Shown: positions 28,673-39,346, numbered from the stretch's first letter. The stretch is 64,000 nt of DNA from an uncultured Bacteroidales bacterium (GCA_902762385.1 CACWNQ010000019.1:7115-71114), one strand, 5' to 3'. Notes: generated by a model from the letters alone, not told the origin. Translations and numbers: made by a program.

Positions 28673-30091
28673 ATGTCAACAAAATTCAAACACCTTGCCC
28701 TCGCATCAGTGCTGATGTGCCTAGCATCGGCAACTAATGCGACTGCACAAGACTCTAATGCCGTGGGCAACAATGAGATTATCCTACATGCTTGGTCATG
28801 GTCGTTCAACACGATATCCCAGCACTTGCAAGAAATTAAAGATGCTGGATACACCATCGTGCAAACCTCACCCATCAATGAGTGCTACGTGGGCGACAAC
28901 GGCGGACGACAACTCTTTGGCAACGGAAAGTGGTATTATCACTATCAGCCTACCGACTGGACTATTGGCAACTACCAGTTAGGAAGTCGCGATGAGTTCA
29001 AGAGCATGTGTGACAAGGCCAATAGCTTAGGGCTGAGAGTGATTGTCGATGTGCTTCCCAACCATACCGTGATTGACCGCACTAAAATAAATGCTCGACT
29101 CGACAGCGCAGTGAACGGACGTGAGAATCTGTTTCATGCTAACGGACTCTGGCCCATAAATGACTATAGCGACCGATATCAATGCACTACTGGAGAGATG
29201 GGAACACTGCCCGACGTGAATACCGAGAACCCCGACTTCCAGTACTACTACATGCAATATGTAAATGATGTGCTGGCATGTGGTGCCCGAGGCTTTCGCT
29301 ACGACACAGCCAAGCACATTGGACTGCCCGACGAGCCACGCGACCCAAAATCGCCACAAAACGACTTTTGGGATGTTGCCATGGGCCGCAAGGCCGTGAA
29401 AGGGTTGCGACTCTCTATCCCTCGCGACCAACTTTTCATTTACGGTGAAGTTCTTCAAGACCGCAATGTCCCCGAGCAAGGCTATGCCGAGTATATGGAT
29501 CTCACTGCAAGCGGCTATGGTTGGGTGTTGCGCAACGTTCTCAACAAGCATAATGCCAAGGAGGGTGACCTGCTCAGCTGGCATCACAGTGTTGACCCCA
29601 CCCACTTGATTACTTGGGTTGAATCGCACGACACTTATTGTAATGCCCATGAATCGGCAGGCATGAGCGACGAACTCGTGCGCCTCGGTTGGGTCTTCCT
29701 TACCGCACGCCAGTATGGCACTCCTCTATTCTACTCACGCCCCCACGGGAGCACTCGTGAGAACTACTGGGGCGACAATGAGATTGGCAAAGTGGGTAAT
29801 GATGAGTTCAAGCACCCCTTAGTGCGCGCCATCAACGAGTTCCGCCACATCAACTCAGCTCAGCCTGAGAACATCATTATCAGTGATGATGGCAAGCAAA
29901 TCATTGTAGAGCGTGGCAAGAAAGCTGCTGTCGTTATCAACCTCGACGAGCAGGCAGCTACAATAGCTATCCCTGTTACTATCGACAACGGCAAATATCG
30001 CGACGCAGTAACAAAGCAACAACTCCAAGTTAAGAAGGGTGTGCTCAATGCCACTCTCGAGCCCATGACAGCTTACATACTGAGCAAGTGA
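28673..30091 (+). CDS. Secreted alpha-amylase (GH13)
   Basis: Signal peptide; ILHAWSWSF, VQTSP, DVLPNH, GFRYDTAKH, YGEVLQ, WVESHDTY. Confidence 0.9.
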   Translation: MSTKFKHLALASVLMCLASATNATAQDSNAVGNNEIILHAWSWSFNTISQHLQEIKDAGYTIVQTSPINECYVGDNGGRQLFGNGKWYYHYQPTDWTIGNYQLGSRDEFKSMCDKANSLGLRVIVDVLPNHTVIDRTKINARLDSAVNGRENLFHANGLWPINDYSDRYQCTTGEMGTLPDVNTENPDFQYYYMQYVNDVLACGARGFRYDTAKHIGLPDEPRDPKSPQNDFWDVAMGRKAVKGLRLSIPRDQLFIYGEVLQDRNVPEQGYAEYMDLTASGYGWVLRNVLNKHNAKEGDLLSWHHSVDPTHLITWVESHDTYCNAHESAGMSDELVRLGWVFLTARQYGTPLFYSRPHGSTRENYWGDNEIGKVGNDEFKHPLVRAINEFRHINSAQPENIIISDDGKQIIVERGKKAAVVINLDEQAATIAIPVTIDNGKYRDAVTKQQLQVKKGVLNATLEPMTAYILSK

Positions 30092-30172
30092 GAAGGCGGA
30101 ATCACACATTGGACGATAATATGAGTTTTTGTATTTTTGCAGACAATAATTCTCAAAAACCGACAAAACATT

Positions 30173-30625
30173 ATGCGAATAGTAATTCAACGAGTGCTTG
30201 AGGCATCGGTTAGCATTAGTGGCGAGCTTCACAGCGCGATTAAAGGCGGCTACATGGTGCTGGTGGGCGTACGCGAAGGCGACACCGAGGACGATGCCAA
30301 GTGGCTGGCAATGAAGACGGTTAACCTGCGAGTCTTTGACGACGAGAACGGGGTTATGAACCGAAATATCCTCGATGCTGACGGAGAGGTACTGGCTGTG
30401 AGCCAGTTCACCCTCAATGCCAGCACCAAGAAAGGCAACCGCCCGAGCTACATCCACGCTGCAGGCCACGACCTCGCTGTGCCCCTTTACGAACTCTACT
30501 GCAAAGAAGTAGAACTGTTAATGAAAAAAGAGGTGAAGCGCGGCGTGTTTGGCGCCAACATGCAGGTGTCGCTCATCAACGACGGCCCCGTCACCATCAT
30601 CATCGACTCCAAGCTACACGAATAA
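30173..30625 (+). CDS. dtd: D-aminoacyl-tRNA deacylase
   Basis: MRIVIQRV, VSQFTL, GNRPSY, FGANMQVSLINDGPVT. Start moved to ATG 30173. Confidence 0.95.
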   Translation: MRIVIQRVLEASVSISGELHSAIKGGYMVLVGVREGDTEDDAKWLAMKTVNLRVFDDENGVMNRNILDADGEVLAVSQFTLNASTKKGNRPSYIHAAGHDLAVPLYELYCKEVELLMKKEVKRGVFGANMQVSLINDGPVTIIIDSKLHE

Positions 30626-30687
30626 CCACCTCCACGGCTTTTCAGGCAATTATCAATAACACACCTTGTTTTCTTTTATTAAATACA

Positions 30688-31164
30688 ATGGCAAAGAACA
30701 CACTAATATTGATAGTGATTGCTTTGATGCTTGCTTGTTGCAATAGAGCCAAGAATGCCATAAATGCTACAGCAGAAAAGGCCACCGATAATTTGCGCTT
30801 GGGATTCTATTCTGATCCTGGCGCATGGGATTATTACAGGATGCCATTGATTAAGCCATGGCAGGTGGAGGCAATCGACGACACCACAATATGGTATCTA
30901 TGCAAGAAAGACGAAACAACCACCACAAGCAATGTTGTGCAAGTGGGAGTTACAGATTCCATAATATACTATAGCTGTAAAGACAACTGTTACGGAGCCA
31001 TCGACACCAGGTGCGACTCGGTTTACGAACTAAGCGACGAAGCCAGCCTTCGCAACACGCTGAAAAGGCTTGGCATTGAGCACCCCAAGATGATGCGGAT
31101 TGATAGTGCATACAATCAATTTGCTCATAAAAAGATAACATTGTTCACTCCACCCAGCAAATGA
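30688..31164 (+). CDS. Hypothetical lipoprotein
   Basis: Lipobox-like LMLACC after a hydrophobic leader; no recognisable domain. Confidence 0.6.
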   Translation: MAKNTLILIVIALMLACCNRAKNAINATAEKATDNLRLGFYSDPGAWDYYRMPLIKPWQVEAIDDTTIWYLCKKDETTTTSNVVQVGVTDSIIYYSCKDNCYGAIDTRCDSVYELSDEASLRNTLKRLGIEHPKMMRIDSAYNQFAHKKITLFTPPSK

Positions 31165-31300
31165 TTGCTGTTCCAGTGATGCGTGAATTGCTTCTGCGTC
31201 AATCCTTTTTCTTTAGTTTTTTCAATCCATCCCAAAACTATTATGATTGAACCATACTATAAAAGAAAATAAAGCCCACCTTTTTAGTGAGCTATATTTT

Positions 31301-31918
31301 TTAATTTTGTTCGTTCATTCTATCTTCAATTTCCTCTAAAGTTTGCTGTATCTCATTGTATTCTTCTACCTCACAGCTAAACAAAACTTCTTTGAAATCT
31401 TTGTCTATGATAAACACTGTATTTCCAATGAGAGTATTTCCAGCATTATTGTCTGCTCTGTAATTATGTGTTGCAAGATAACCAATGAAATTCCGTTTTT
31501 GTTTTAAAATATTTACAACTTCTTCGAATTTCTCTTTCCCTTTCTCAGTAAGTTTCTCTTTTTTTGAATTAGCCTTGTCATACTCTTCTTTAGCTTCATT
31601 GTATTCGTTTCTTCCAAACGAATCCATATAAGGTCCACTCCAAATTGACATTGAAGATTTTGCCTGTTTCATATCATGGTTTAAGCCTTCGATTTCAGCT
31701 CCAATGTCTACTAATTCCATCATTTTTTCAAATAAAACTGGGTCATCATAAGGAGTAAAGGCACTATCCAATTTTGTTTCAATTGGATTATAAGAATCAG
31801 GTTTAAATAGTGATTTTCTCAATTCTGCTTTAATAAGCTCATTTGCTTTCTCCTCTGGAGATTTGCCACATGAACTAAAAAATAAAACAAATATAAAAAT
31901 ATGCAACAAGTTCCTCAT
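31301..31918 (-). CDS. Hypothetical lipoprotein with coiled-coil segment (AT-rich gene)
   Basis: LFFSSC lipobox; YRADNNAGN..IG..VF pattern at the C-terminus. Confidence 0.7.
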   Translation of the reverse strand: MRNLLHIFIFVLFFSSCGKSPEEKANELIKAELRKSLFKPDSYNPIETKLDSAFTPYDDPVLFEKMMELVDIGAEIEGLNHDMKQAKSSMSIWSGPYMDSFGRNEYNEAKEEYDKANSKKEKLTEKGKEKFEEVVNILKQKRNFIGYLATHNYRADNNAGNTLIGNTVFIIDKDFKEVLFSCEVEEYNEIQQTLEEIEDRMNEQN

Positions 31919-32326
31919 GCAATTAATACTTTTCTGTTAAATGATATGCAAAGATACTACAATTTTTGCTATATCAATGATTATGTTTGAAATATTTCGA
32001 TAGCGCCAAGTTAATCAGTCCTGCAAACTGTTATCCTAAATTCTCCTCATAGTATTCCTTGTTTGGCTTTGTTTTTATTTGTTGCCTATGTTTAATGAAA
32101 TTTTGAGTGAAGCGCGCATCGAAAAATTCTTTTTTGAAGAATTACTTCCGATGAAGTGGTTTTCTCATTTTTTATATTTATATTTGCAATGTCATTGATG
32201 ATTTTCTTTTCTTTAATTTGCAGCACTGAGATAAGTGAAAATCAAACGTGACAACATTCAATTCAAGATTAACTTTTATAGACCTTTTCCATTGTTAAAC
32301 CAAAGTGCTGCGGTATTTAGATTATT

Positions 32327-33517
32327 ATGAAGAAATTATTACTCTTTAGTGTTGTGGCGTTGATAGCATTTTTCGCAGGCGCCGAAACTGTCCACAAGAT
32401 GAGCAAGCCAGCAGGCAAGTCCCGTGTGGAGATCATTACCGAGCAACCCGAGGGCAACGTTGTGTCCTACACCCGTTCGGGTGAGTATATGACCGCAAGC
32501 CTTTATGGATATGACGCAACCCAGCAAACAGGACAGATGAAAATCACCTATGCCAACGACGGCAAGACCGTATATCTTCTCGATCCTCTTGCCTACGGCG
32601 AGGGAACCGGAGTGTGGGTACAAGGCGAGTTGAGCGACGACGGCGCCACCATCACAGTGCCTCTAGGTCAATATGTGGCCTACAACGAAGAGTACAACTA
32701 CGGTCTGATTTTGGCATGGGGAGAGTCCACCTTGATTGACCTTGGTGATGATTTTTATTATGTTTGGTTTGTGCCCGATGAGGGTGTTGAGGCTGTGACC
32801 TATGCTGTCGATGCCGCAAGCGGCGTTATTACCTTAGTGGGTTCCGAAGGTGATGCCTCGGCAGCTTATCCCGACAACCTATTGGCCCACGGACTCGCTG
32901 GAATTTGGAGCGATGACGAGTCGATAGCAACCATTGAGTGGGGAACAACCTTTACTCCCCTTGGAGATGCTGTTGCCGCTGTTCCTGCCAATCCCGAAGC
33001 TTTGGACTTCTTTGACTGCGGCGATGAGAGTGGCTACACACGCTTTGACTTCAACATCAACCTGCAAGATGTAGACGGAAATGAACTGCATGCCGATAAG
33101 GTGACTTACAGCATCTATACCGACGATGACCAGCTGTTCACCTTCGATGCAGCGACCTATGGCGCAGCCAATGGCTTCGATGAGGACATGACCGAGATTC
33201 CTTATGGTTTCAGTGGCAGTGATTTCTATCTGCGCCGTGTTTACTTCTACCGCACCAATAATGGCGACAACCCACTGCTCAACTGGCGCATAGGTATTCA
33301 GACGCACTACACCGTCGATGGAATAAGCAACTCGTCAGACATTGTCTATCTCGAGGTAATCCCAAGCGCTATCGAGAGTGTGAATACTGGAAAGACAATT
33401 GTTGCCGAGCGTTACTACAACATGGCCGGTCAGGAGGTTGCCAATCCTAATGGTATCGCCATCAAGGTTACTACCTATAGCGATGGAACAAACTCAACAA
33501 CAAAAGTTGTTAAGTAA
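32327..33517 (+). CDS. Secreted protein of unknown function with T9SS-type C-terminal domain
   Basis: Signal peptide; C-terminus AIESVNTGKTIVAERYYNMAGQEV...GIAIKVTTYSDG...KVVK. Confidence 0.75.
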   Translation: MKKLLLFSVVALIAFFAGAETVHKMSKPAGKSRVEIITEQPEGNVVSYTRSGEYMTASLYGYDATQQTGQMKITYANDGKTVYLLDPLAYGEGTGVWVQGELSDDGATITVPLGQYVAYNEEYNYGLILAWGESTLIDLGDDFYYVWFVPDEGVEAVTYAVDAASGVITLVGSEGDASAAYPDNLLAHGLAGIWSDDESIATIEWGTTFTPLGDAVAAVPANPEALDFFDCGDESGYTRFDFNINLQDVDGNELHADKVTYSIYTDDDQLFTFDAATYGAANGFDEDMTEIPYGFSGSDFYLRRVYFYRTNNGDNPLLNWRIGIQTHYTVDGISNSSDIVYLEVIPSAIESVNTGKTIVAERYYNMAGQEVANPNGIAIKVTTYSDGTNSTTKVVK

Positions 33518-33527
33518 AGAGTAAAAG

Positions 33528-33584
33528 TCTGATTTCTGATTTCTGATCTCTGATTTATGACATCTGATAACTGACATTTCTGAT
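33528..33584 (+). repeat. Degenerate heptamer array (tctgatN)
   Basis: tctgatt tctgatt tctgatc tctgatt tatgaca tctgata actgaca. Confidence 0.7.
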
Positions 33585-33933
33585 GACTATACAAGAGGCA
33601 CAACAACGCGTTGACCAGTGGATAAAGATCTATGGTGTGCGCTACTTCAATGAGTTGACCAACATGGCAATTCTGAGCGAGGAAGTGGGCGAAGTGGCGC
33701 GCATCATAGCTCGTCGTTACGGTGAGCAGTCGAGCAAGCCCAGCGACGAGGGTAAAGACCTAGGCGACGAGCTCGCCGATGTGCTATGGGTAGTAATGTG
33801 CCTCGCCAACCAAACTGGTGTGGACCTCGACGCAGCACTTGAGCGCAACTTCGCCAAGAAGACTGCTCGCGATGCCAACCGTCATAAACAAAACAACAAA
33901 CTAAAAAACTTAGAACTTAAAACTAAAAACTAA
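33583..33933 (+). CDS. MazG-like nucleotide pyrophosphohydrolase
   Basis: LSEEVGEVAR and LGDELADVL EXXE motifs. Confidence 0.88.
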   Translation: MTIQEAQQRVDQWIKIYGVRYFNELTNMAILSEEVGEVARIIARRYGEQSSKPSDEGKDLGDELADVLWVVMCLANQTGVDLDAALERNFAKKTARDANRHKQNNKLKNLELKTKN

Positions 33934-33946
33934 GAACTAATAAATT

Positions 33947-34846
33947 ATGTCTGAACAAGTTAACCAGAACAAGTATTTGGCTGCTATCAAAGGCAGCAAT
34001 GTGATTGAAGACGATGCCAAGGTGAAAGCCGAGGTAGCAAAAATTATCGAGGAGCACGCAGCCGAGAACAACACTCCCGAGGTACAGGAGTTCCTGCTTA
34101 ACACAGTGGACCTTACCACTCTGAGCACTACCGACAGCGAGCGCAGTGTGGCAGCGTTTACACAGAAGGTGAACGAGTACTGGCGCAACTACCCTAACTA
34201 CAAGAACGTGGCTGGAATTTGCGTTTACAGCAACTTCGCCCAAGTTGTACGCGCCAACCTTGAGGTTAGCGACGTTGACGTGGTAGTGTGCAGCGCAAGC
34301 TTCCCCGCCTCACAGGCTCACCTCGAAACCAAAATCGCCGAGACTGCACTTGCCGTTGCCGATGGCGCCGACGAGGTTGATATTGTTATCAACATGGGCT
34401 ACTTCCTCGATGAGGCCTATGAGGAACTCTGCGATGAGATTAGCGAAATCAAACACGCTTGCCACGGTCGCATGCTCAAGGTGATTCTTGAGACGGGTTG
34501 CCTTGAAACTGCTGCCAATATTAAAAAGGCGTCAATCCTGGCAATGTATTCAGGAGCCGACTTCATCAAGACTTCAACCGGCAAGATTTATCCTGGTGCT
34601 TCGCTCGAGGCTGCCTACGTGATGTGCCAGTGCATCAAGGAGTATTACGAGAAACATGGCGAGATGGTGGGCTTCAAGGCCGCTGGTGGCATTCGCACTA
34701 CCGAGGACGCAATTAAGTACTACACCATCGTCAAGGAAGTTCTGGGCGAGAAATGGCTCGACAACCGCTACTTCCGCATCGGTGCCTCAAGCCTTGCCAA
34801 TGCCTTGTTCCAGTCGTTCACCGGCGAGGACAAGAAAGCGTTTTAA
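33947..34846 (+). CDS. deoC: Deoxyribose-phosphate aldolase
   Basis: DLTTL, GADEVDIV, LKVILETG, ADFIKTSTGK, GFKAAGGIRT, RIGASSL. Confidence 0.95.
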   Translation: MSEQVNQNKYLAAIKGSNVIEDDAKVKAEVAKIIEEHAAENNTPEVQEFLLNTVDLTTLSTTDSERSVAAFTQKVNEYWRNYPNYKNVAGICVYSNFAQVVRANLEVSDVDVVVCSASFPASQAHLETKIAETALAVADGADEVDIVINMGYFLDEAYEELCDEISEIKHACHGRMLKVILETGCLETAANIKKASILAMYSGADFIKTSTGKIYPGASLEAAYVMCQCIKEYYEKHGEMVGFKAAGGIRTTEDAIKYYTIVKEVLGEKWLDNRYFRIGASSLANALFQSFTGEDKKAF

Positions 34847-34944
34847 TTAATGCATAATTCATAATGCACAATGCATAATCTAGAATGTCTAGATTATCTG
34901 GCGTCATCCAACGCACTTAACACTTACTACTTAACACTTATATT

Positions 34945-37773
34945 ATGAAGCTTTTTCTTCTCGATGCCTATGCGCTCATCTTCCGCGCCTACTATGCGCT
35001 GATGCGCAACCCACGTTACACGTCGGGAGGGCTCAACACTTCGGCAATCTTCGGATTTGTCAACACCTTGCAGGATGTTCTCAAGAAGGAGCGCCCAAGT
35101 CACATCGCAGTGTGCTTCGACCCTCCAGGCGGCACCTTCCGTCACGAGGCCTACAAGGAGTATAAGGCTAACCGTGACGAGACACCCGAGGACATCAAGC
35201 TTGCTGTGCCCTACATCAAGCGTATCATCGAGGCCTACAACATTCCCGTCATTGAAGTGCCGGGCTATGAGGCCGACGACGTGATTGGCACTCTGGCTCA
35301 CATGGCTCACGAGCACGACATGGAAACCTTCATGATGACGCCCGACAAGGACTTCGGGCAGCTCGTGACCGACGGCGTGAAAATCTACCACCCAGGCCGC
35401 AAAGGTACCGAGGTGGAGATACAAGGCGTCGAGGAGATTAATGCGAAATATGGCTTTACAAGCCCGTCGCAAGTCATCGATTTGCTTGCACTCATGGGCG
35501 ATGCGGTCGACAACATTCCAGGCTGTCCAGGCGTGGGCGAGGTAACTGCTAAGAAGTTAGTTCATGAGTTTGGCTCGGTCGAAAATCTGCTTGCTAACAC
35601 CGATAAGCTCAAAGGCGCCTTGCAGCGCAAGGTAACCGAGAACGTTGAGCAAATCAAATTTTCTAAATTCCTGGCTACCATCAAGACCGACGTTCCCATC
35701 ACATGGGACGAGGAAATGCTGCGGCGCAAGCCTGCCAACATGAAGGCCCTGAATCAAGTGTTCAAGGAATTGGAGTTCCGCACTCTGGCAGTGCGCATTA
35801 TTGAACACGGCGAAGCCAATGTGGGCGTAGAAAACGCTCCATCGCCTTCGGTAGCTCTGAAAGACGTGTCTAGGGCCGACCTTGAAATCCTGAATCATCC
35901 CAAAAAGAACCCACGCCAGCCGTCACTCTTCGACACCCTTGCGCCAGGCGAACTCCCTGCCGAGACCGTTGAACTCGACAACATAAATTCTCACAAGCAC
36001 AACTACCGCATCATTGGCGACGATGCCGAGGCGGCAAAACTTGTCGGGAAACTGGTGTCTGCAGGCAATCCTGTGGGCGTGTGCCTTGTGGCCGACGGCG
36101 ACGAAGCCATGCGCGCCCGCCTGGTGGGTGTAGCCGTGAGCAGCAAGCGCTACAATGCTGCGTTCATGCCTTTCGACGACATGGGATGGATGATGAGTGC
36201 CATAACACCACTTTTCAATGGCAAGGTGCAGCTGGTAAGCAATGACATCAAGCGCGACATCGTGATTCTCAACAACACTGGGAACCAATTCAACGGCGAC
36301 TACTACGACACTGCCGTTGCACACTATCTTCTCCAACCCGAGCGCAGCCACTCCACCAAGAATATTGCCGAAGAGTTGCTCAACTATAAAGCGATAAGTC
36401 TTGAGAGCCTTATAGGTGCCAAGGGCAAGAAGCAGAAGCTGTTCTCGCAGGTAAAACTCGAAAGATTGAGCGACTGGGCATGTGAGATGGCCGATCTGGC
36501 TCTTGCATTGAAACCCGAGCTCAATAAGCGACTTGAGGAGAACGGTATGACCCACCTGCTCGACACCATCGAAATGCCACTGGTGCGAGTGCTGGCGAGC
36601 ATGGAACTGGCAGGTGCACGCATCGATGAAAAGGCGCTTGCCGACTATTCGGTCAAACTCACTGAGCAGGTCGAAGCGCTCGACCGTGAGTGCCACCAAC
36701 TCGCAGGCATGGAATTCAACACTGCATCACCGGCACAAGTGGGCGAGGTGCTCTTTGCACATCTTAAAATCGATGAAAAGGCTAAGAAGACTAAAACCGG
36801 TCAATACTCCACCACCGAGGAAGTGCTCATGAAGCTTCGTGACCGCCATCCACTTATCGACAAGATTCTTGAGCTGCGTGGATTGCGCAAGCTGCTTTCA
36901 ACCTACGTAAATGCGTTGCCGGCACTCGTCAACCCACGCACAGGCCGCATCCACACAACCTATAACCAAACGGTGACTGCTACCGGCCGACTGTCGTCGA
37001 CCAATCCCAACCTGCAGAACATACCCGTGCGCAGCGACGACGGCAAGGAAATTCGCCGTGCCTTCATCCCTAGCGATGGCAACGTGTTCTTCAGTGCCGA
37101 CTATTCACAAATTGAACTGCGCCTCGTTGCCGACCTGAGCAACGATAGCACCATGCTCGACGCGTTTGCCAACAACGAGGACATTCACGCCATCACGGCA
37201 GCTAAAATCTACCACGAGCCTCTCGACAAGGTAACTGGCGACCAGCGTCGCAAGGCAAAGACTGCCAACTTTGGAATCCTATATGGTATATCGGCTTTTG
37301 GCCTGAGCCAACGGCTGAACATACCACGCAGCGAGGCCAAGATGCTTATCGATGGCTATTTTGAAACGTTCCCCAAAGTGAAAGAATATATCGAGAAGAG
37401 TGTTGCTCATGCGCGTGAACAAGGTTATGTGACCACCCTCTTTGGCCGCCGACGCATGCTCCCCGACATCAACTCGCGCAACGCAGTGGTGCGCAGCTTC
37501 AGCGAACGCAACGCCGTCAATGCCCCAATACAAGGCACGGCTGCCGATGTGATAAAGATTGCCATGATTGCCATTCACCGCCGCTTTGAGCAGGAAGGTA
37601 TCAAGTCACGCATGATTCTGCAAGTGCACGACGAGTTGAACTTCGACGTCATTCCCAGCGAACTCGAGAAAGTAACCCAAATCGTGGTTGCCGAGATGGA
37701 GAACGCCTACCATGGCCGTGTGCGCCTAACCGCCAGCCACGGCTCAGCCAGCAACTGGCTCGATGCACACTGA
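34945..37773 (+). CDS. polA: DNA polymerase I
   Basis: LLDAYALIFRAYYA 5'-3' exonuclease, GYEADD, ATGRLSSTNPNLQNIP, ADYSQIELR, KTANFGILYG, QVHDEL. Confidence 0.98.
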   Translation: MKLFLLDAYALIFRAYYALMRNPRYTSGGLNTSAIFGFVNTLQDVLKKERPSHIAVCFDPPGGTFRHEAYKEYKANRDETPEDIKLAVPYIKRIIEAYNIPVIEVPGYEADDVIGTLAHMAHEHDMETFMMTPDKDFGQLVTDGVKIYHPGRKGTEVEIQGVEEINAKYGFTSPSQVIDLLALMGDAVDNIPGCPGVGEVTAKKLVHEFGSVENLLANTDKLKGALQRKVTENVEQIKFSKFLATIKTDVPITWDEEMLRRKPANMKALNQVFKELEFRTLAVRIIEHGEANVGVENAPSPSVALKDVSRADLEILNHPKKNPRQPSLFDTLAPGELPAETVELDNINSHKHNYRIIGDDAEAAKLVGKLVSAGNPVGVCLVADGDEAMRARLVGVAVSSKRYNAAFMPFDDMGWMMSAITPLFNGKVQLVSNDIKRDIVILNNTGNQFNGDYYDTAVAHYLLQPERSHSTKNIAEELLNYKAISLESLIGAKGKKQKLFSQVKLERLSDWACEMADLALALKPELNKRLEENGMTHLLDTIEMPLVRVLASMELAGARIDEKALADYSVKLTEQVEALDRECHQLAGMEFNTASPAQVGEVLFAHLKIDEKAKKTKTGQYSTTEEVLMKLRDRHPLIDKILELRGLRKLLSTYVNALPALVNPRTGRIHTTYNQTVTATGRLSSTNPNLQNIPVRSDDGKEIRRAFIPSDGNVFFSADYSQIELRLVADLSNDSTMLDAFANNEDIHAITAAKIYHEPLDKVTGDQRRKAKTANFGILYGISAFGLSQRLNIPRSEAKMLIDGYFETFPKVKEYIEKSVAHAREQGYVTTLFGRRRMLPDINSRNAVVRSFSERNAVNAPIQGTAADVIKIAMIAIHRRFEQEGIKSRMILQVHDELNFDVIPSELEKVTQIVVAEMENAYHGRVRLTASHGSASNWLDAH

Positions 37774-37825
37774 TGCATATTTCAGTACTCGTTTTTAATA
37801 ATACTCAAAAAAAACAATAGAAACT

Positions 37826-38260
37826 ATGAAGAAATTTTTATTATTAGCATTACTGCTCATGGGGTTCAGCATGATGAATGCCCAAAGCATGAAAATGGTG
37901 GTCAACAGCCGTGGAAATGTGGTTGGACGCTACGTAGAGAGTGGCAAATCGACCTACTACATCAGTGTTCAAGACGTAGCAACCGTGCCCAAGCGTGGTC
38001 ACCGCATTGTTACCTTCAGCGCTGCCAAGGGCCAAGGCGTAGTATTCTATGACCAGTCACACACTGGCAACCTCAATGTGCGCAAGAGTCCGTCGACCAA
38101 CGCACCCATAGTAACCCAGATTCCCGACCCAGGAGATTATGTCCCCGACTGCTACAACTGCCTGGGCAAGGTGAATGGCTGGTACAAAGTGAGAGTCAAC
38201 GGCAAGGTTGGATACGTGCGCGGCGACCTACTCGAGTGGGACGGCATGTGCACATTTTAA
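37826..38260 (+). CDS. Secreted bacterial SH3 (SH3b) domain protein
   Basis: Signal peptide; GNLNVRKSPST...GWYKVRVNGKVGYVRGDLL. Confidence 0.78.
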   Translation: MKKFLLLALLLMGFSMMNAQSMKMVVNSRGNVVGRYVESGKSTYYISVQDVATVPKRGHRIVTFSAAKGQGVVFYDQSHTGNLNVRKSPSTNAPIVTQIPDPGDYVPDCYNCLGKVNGWYKVRVNGKVGYVRGDLLEWDGMCTF

Positions 38261-38345
38261 TGCATAATGAAAATACTCCCCCTTTAATCCCCCTCTATGC
38301 TTAGAGGGGGAACTATTAAGTTTAGCATCATCTTCTCCCCTCTGT

Positions 38346-38527
38346 ACTCAACACTCACAACTCACAACTCATAACTCAATACTCACAACTCATAACTCAC
38401 AACTCATAACTCACAACTCATAACTCACAACTCATAACTCATAACTCACAACTCAATACTCACAACTCAATACTCACAACTCAATACTCTCAACTCAATA
38501 CTCTCAACTCATAACTCACAACTCAAT
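38346..38527 (+). repeat. Heptamer tandem array upstream of thyA (actcaca/actcata/actcaat units, about 26 copies)
   Basis: Read directly from the sequence. Confidence 0.9.
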
Positions 38528-38545
38528 ACAACTTCTAAATAGGCA

Positions 38546-39340
38546 ATGAAACAATATCTCAACTTGCTGCAGCATGTGCTCGACAACGGCACCATCAAGC
38601 ACGACCGCACTGGCACCGGCACTAAGAGCATCTTCGGCTACCAGCTGCGTTGTGACTTGAGCAAGGGATTCCCACTGCTCACCACCAAGAAAGTGCATCT
38701 CAAGTCCATTATCTACGAACTCCTGTGGTTCCTCAAGGGCGACACCAACGTTAAGTATCTGCAGGAGCATGGCGTACGCATATGGAACGAATGGGCCGAC
38801 GAGAATGGCGACCTAGGCCCCGTCTACGGACACCAGTGGCGTTCTTGGCCCGACTACAACGGCGGGCACATCGACCAGATTGCGCAGGTGATTGACCAAA
38901 TCAAGAACACTCCCGACTCACGCCGCATCATGGTGAGCGCCTGGAATGTTGCCGACGTGCCCACGATGAAGTTGCCGCCATGTCACTCACTGTTCCAGTT
39001 CTATGTTGCCGATGGCAAGTTGAGTCTGCAGCTCTACCAGCGCAGCGCCGACCTCTTCCTGGGCGTGCCATTCAACATCGCCAGCTATGCACTGTTGTGC
39101 ATGATGATAGCCCACGTCACGGGGCTTGAGCCGGGCGAGTTTATCCACACCTTCGGCGACGCACACATCTACCTCAACCACATGGATCAAGTGCACGAGC
39201 AGCTCAGCCGCGAGCCACGCCCATTGCCACGCATGATCCTAAACCCCGATGTCAAGAGCATTTTCGACTACGACTACGACGACTTCACCCTCGAGGGCTA
39301 CGACCCCTGGCCCCTCATCAAGGGCATCGTCTCAGTTTAA
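38546..39340 (+). CDS. thyA: Thymidylate synthase
   Basis: [56 protein letters not shown]. Confidence 0.98.
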   Translation: MKQYLNLLQHVLDNGTIKHDRTGTGTKSIFGYQLRCDLSKGFPLLTTKKVHLKSIIYELLWFLKGDTNVKYLQEHGVRIWNEWADENGDLGPVYGHQWRSWPDYNGGHIDQIAQVIDQIKNTPDSRRIMVSAWNVADVPTMKLPPCHSLFQFYVADGKLSLQLYQRSADLFLGVPFNIASYALLCMMIAHVTGLEPGEFIHTFGDAHIYLNHMDQVHEQLSREPRPLPRMILNPDVKSIFDYDYDDFTLEGYDPWPLIKGIVSV

Positions 39341-39346
39341 ACAACG

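Noticed and set aside
27319-30091. MalY + amylase as a maltose regulon
   Set aside because: MalY/PatB is a family name for PLP C-S lyases; a strong terminator separates the genes and there is no maltose transporter or regulator.
38346-38527. CRISPR array
   Set aside because: Units are 7 nt with no unique spacers, and there are no cas genes.
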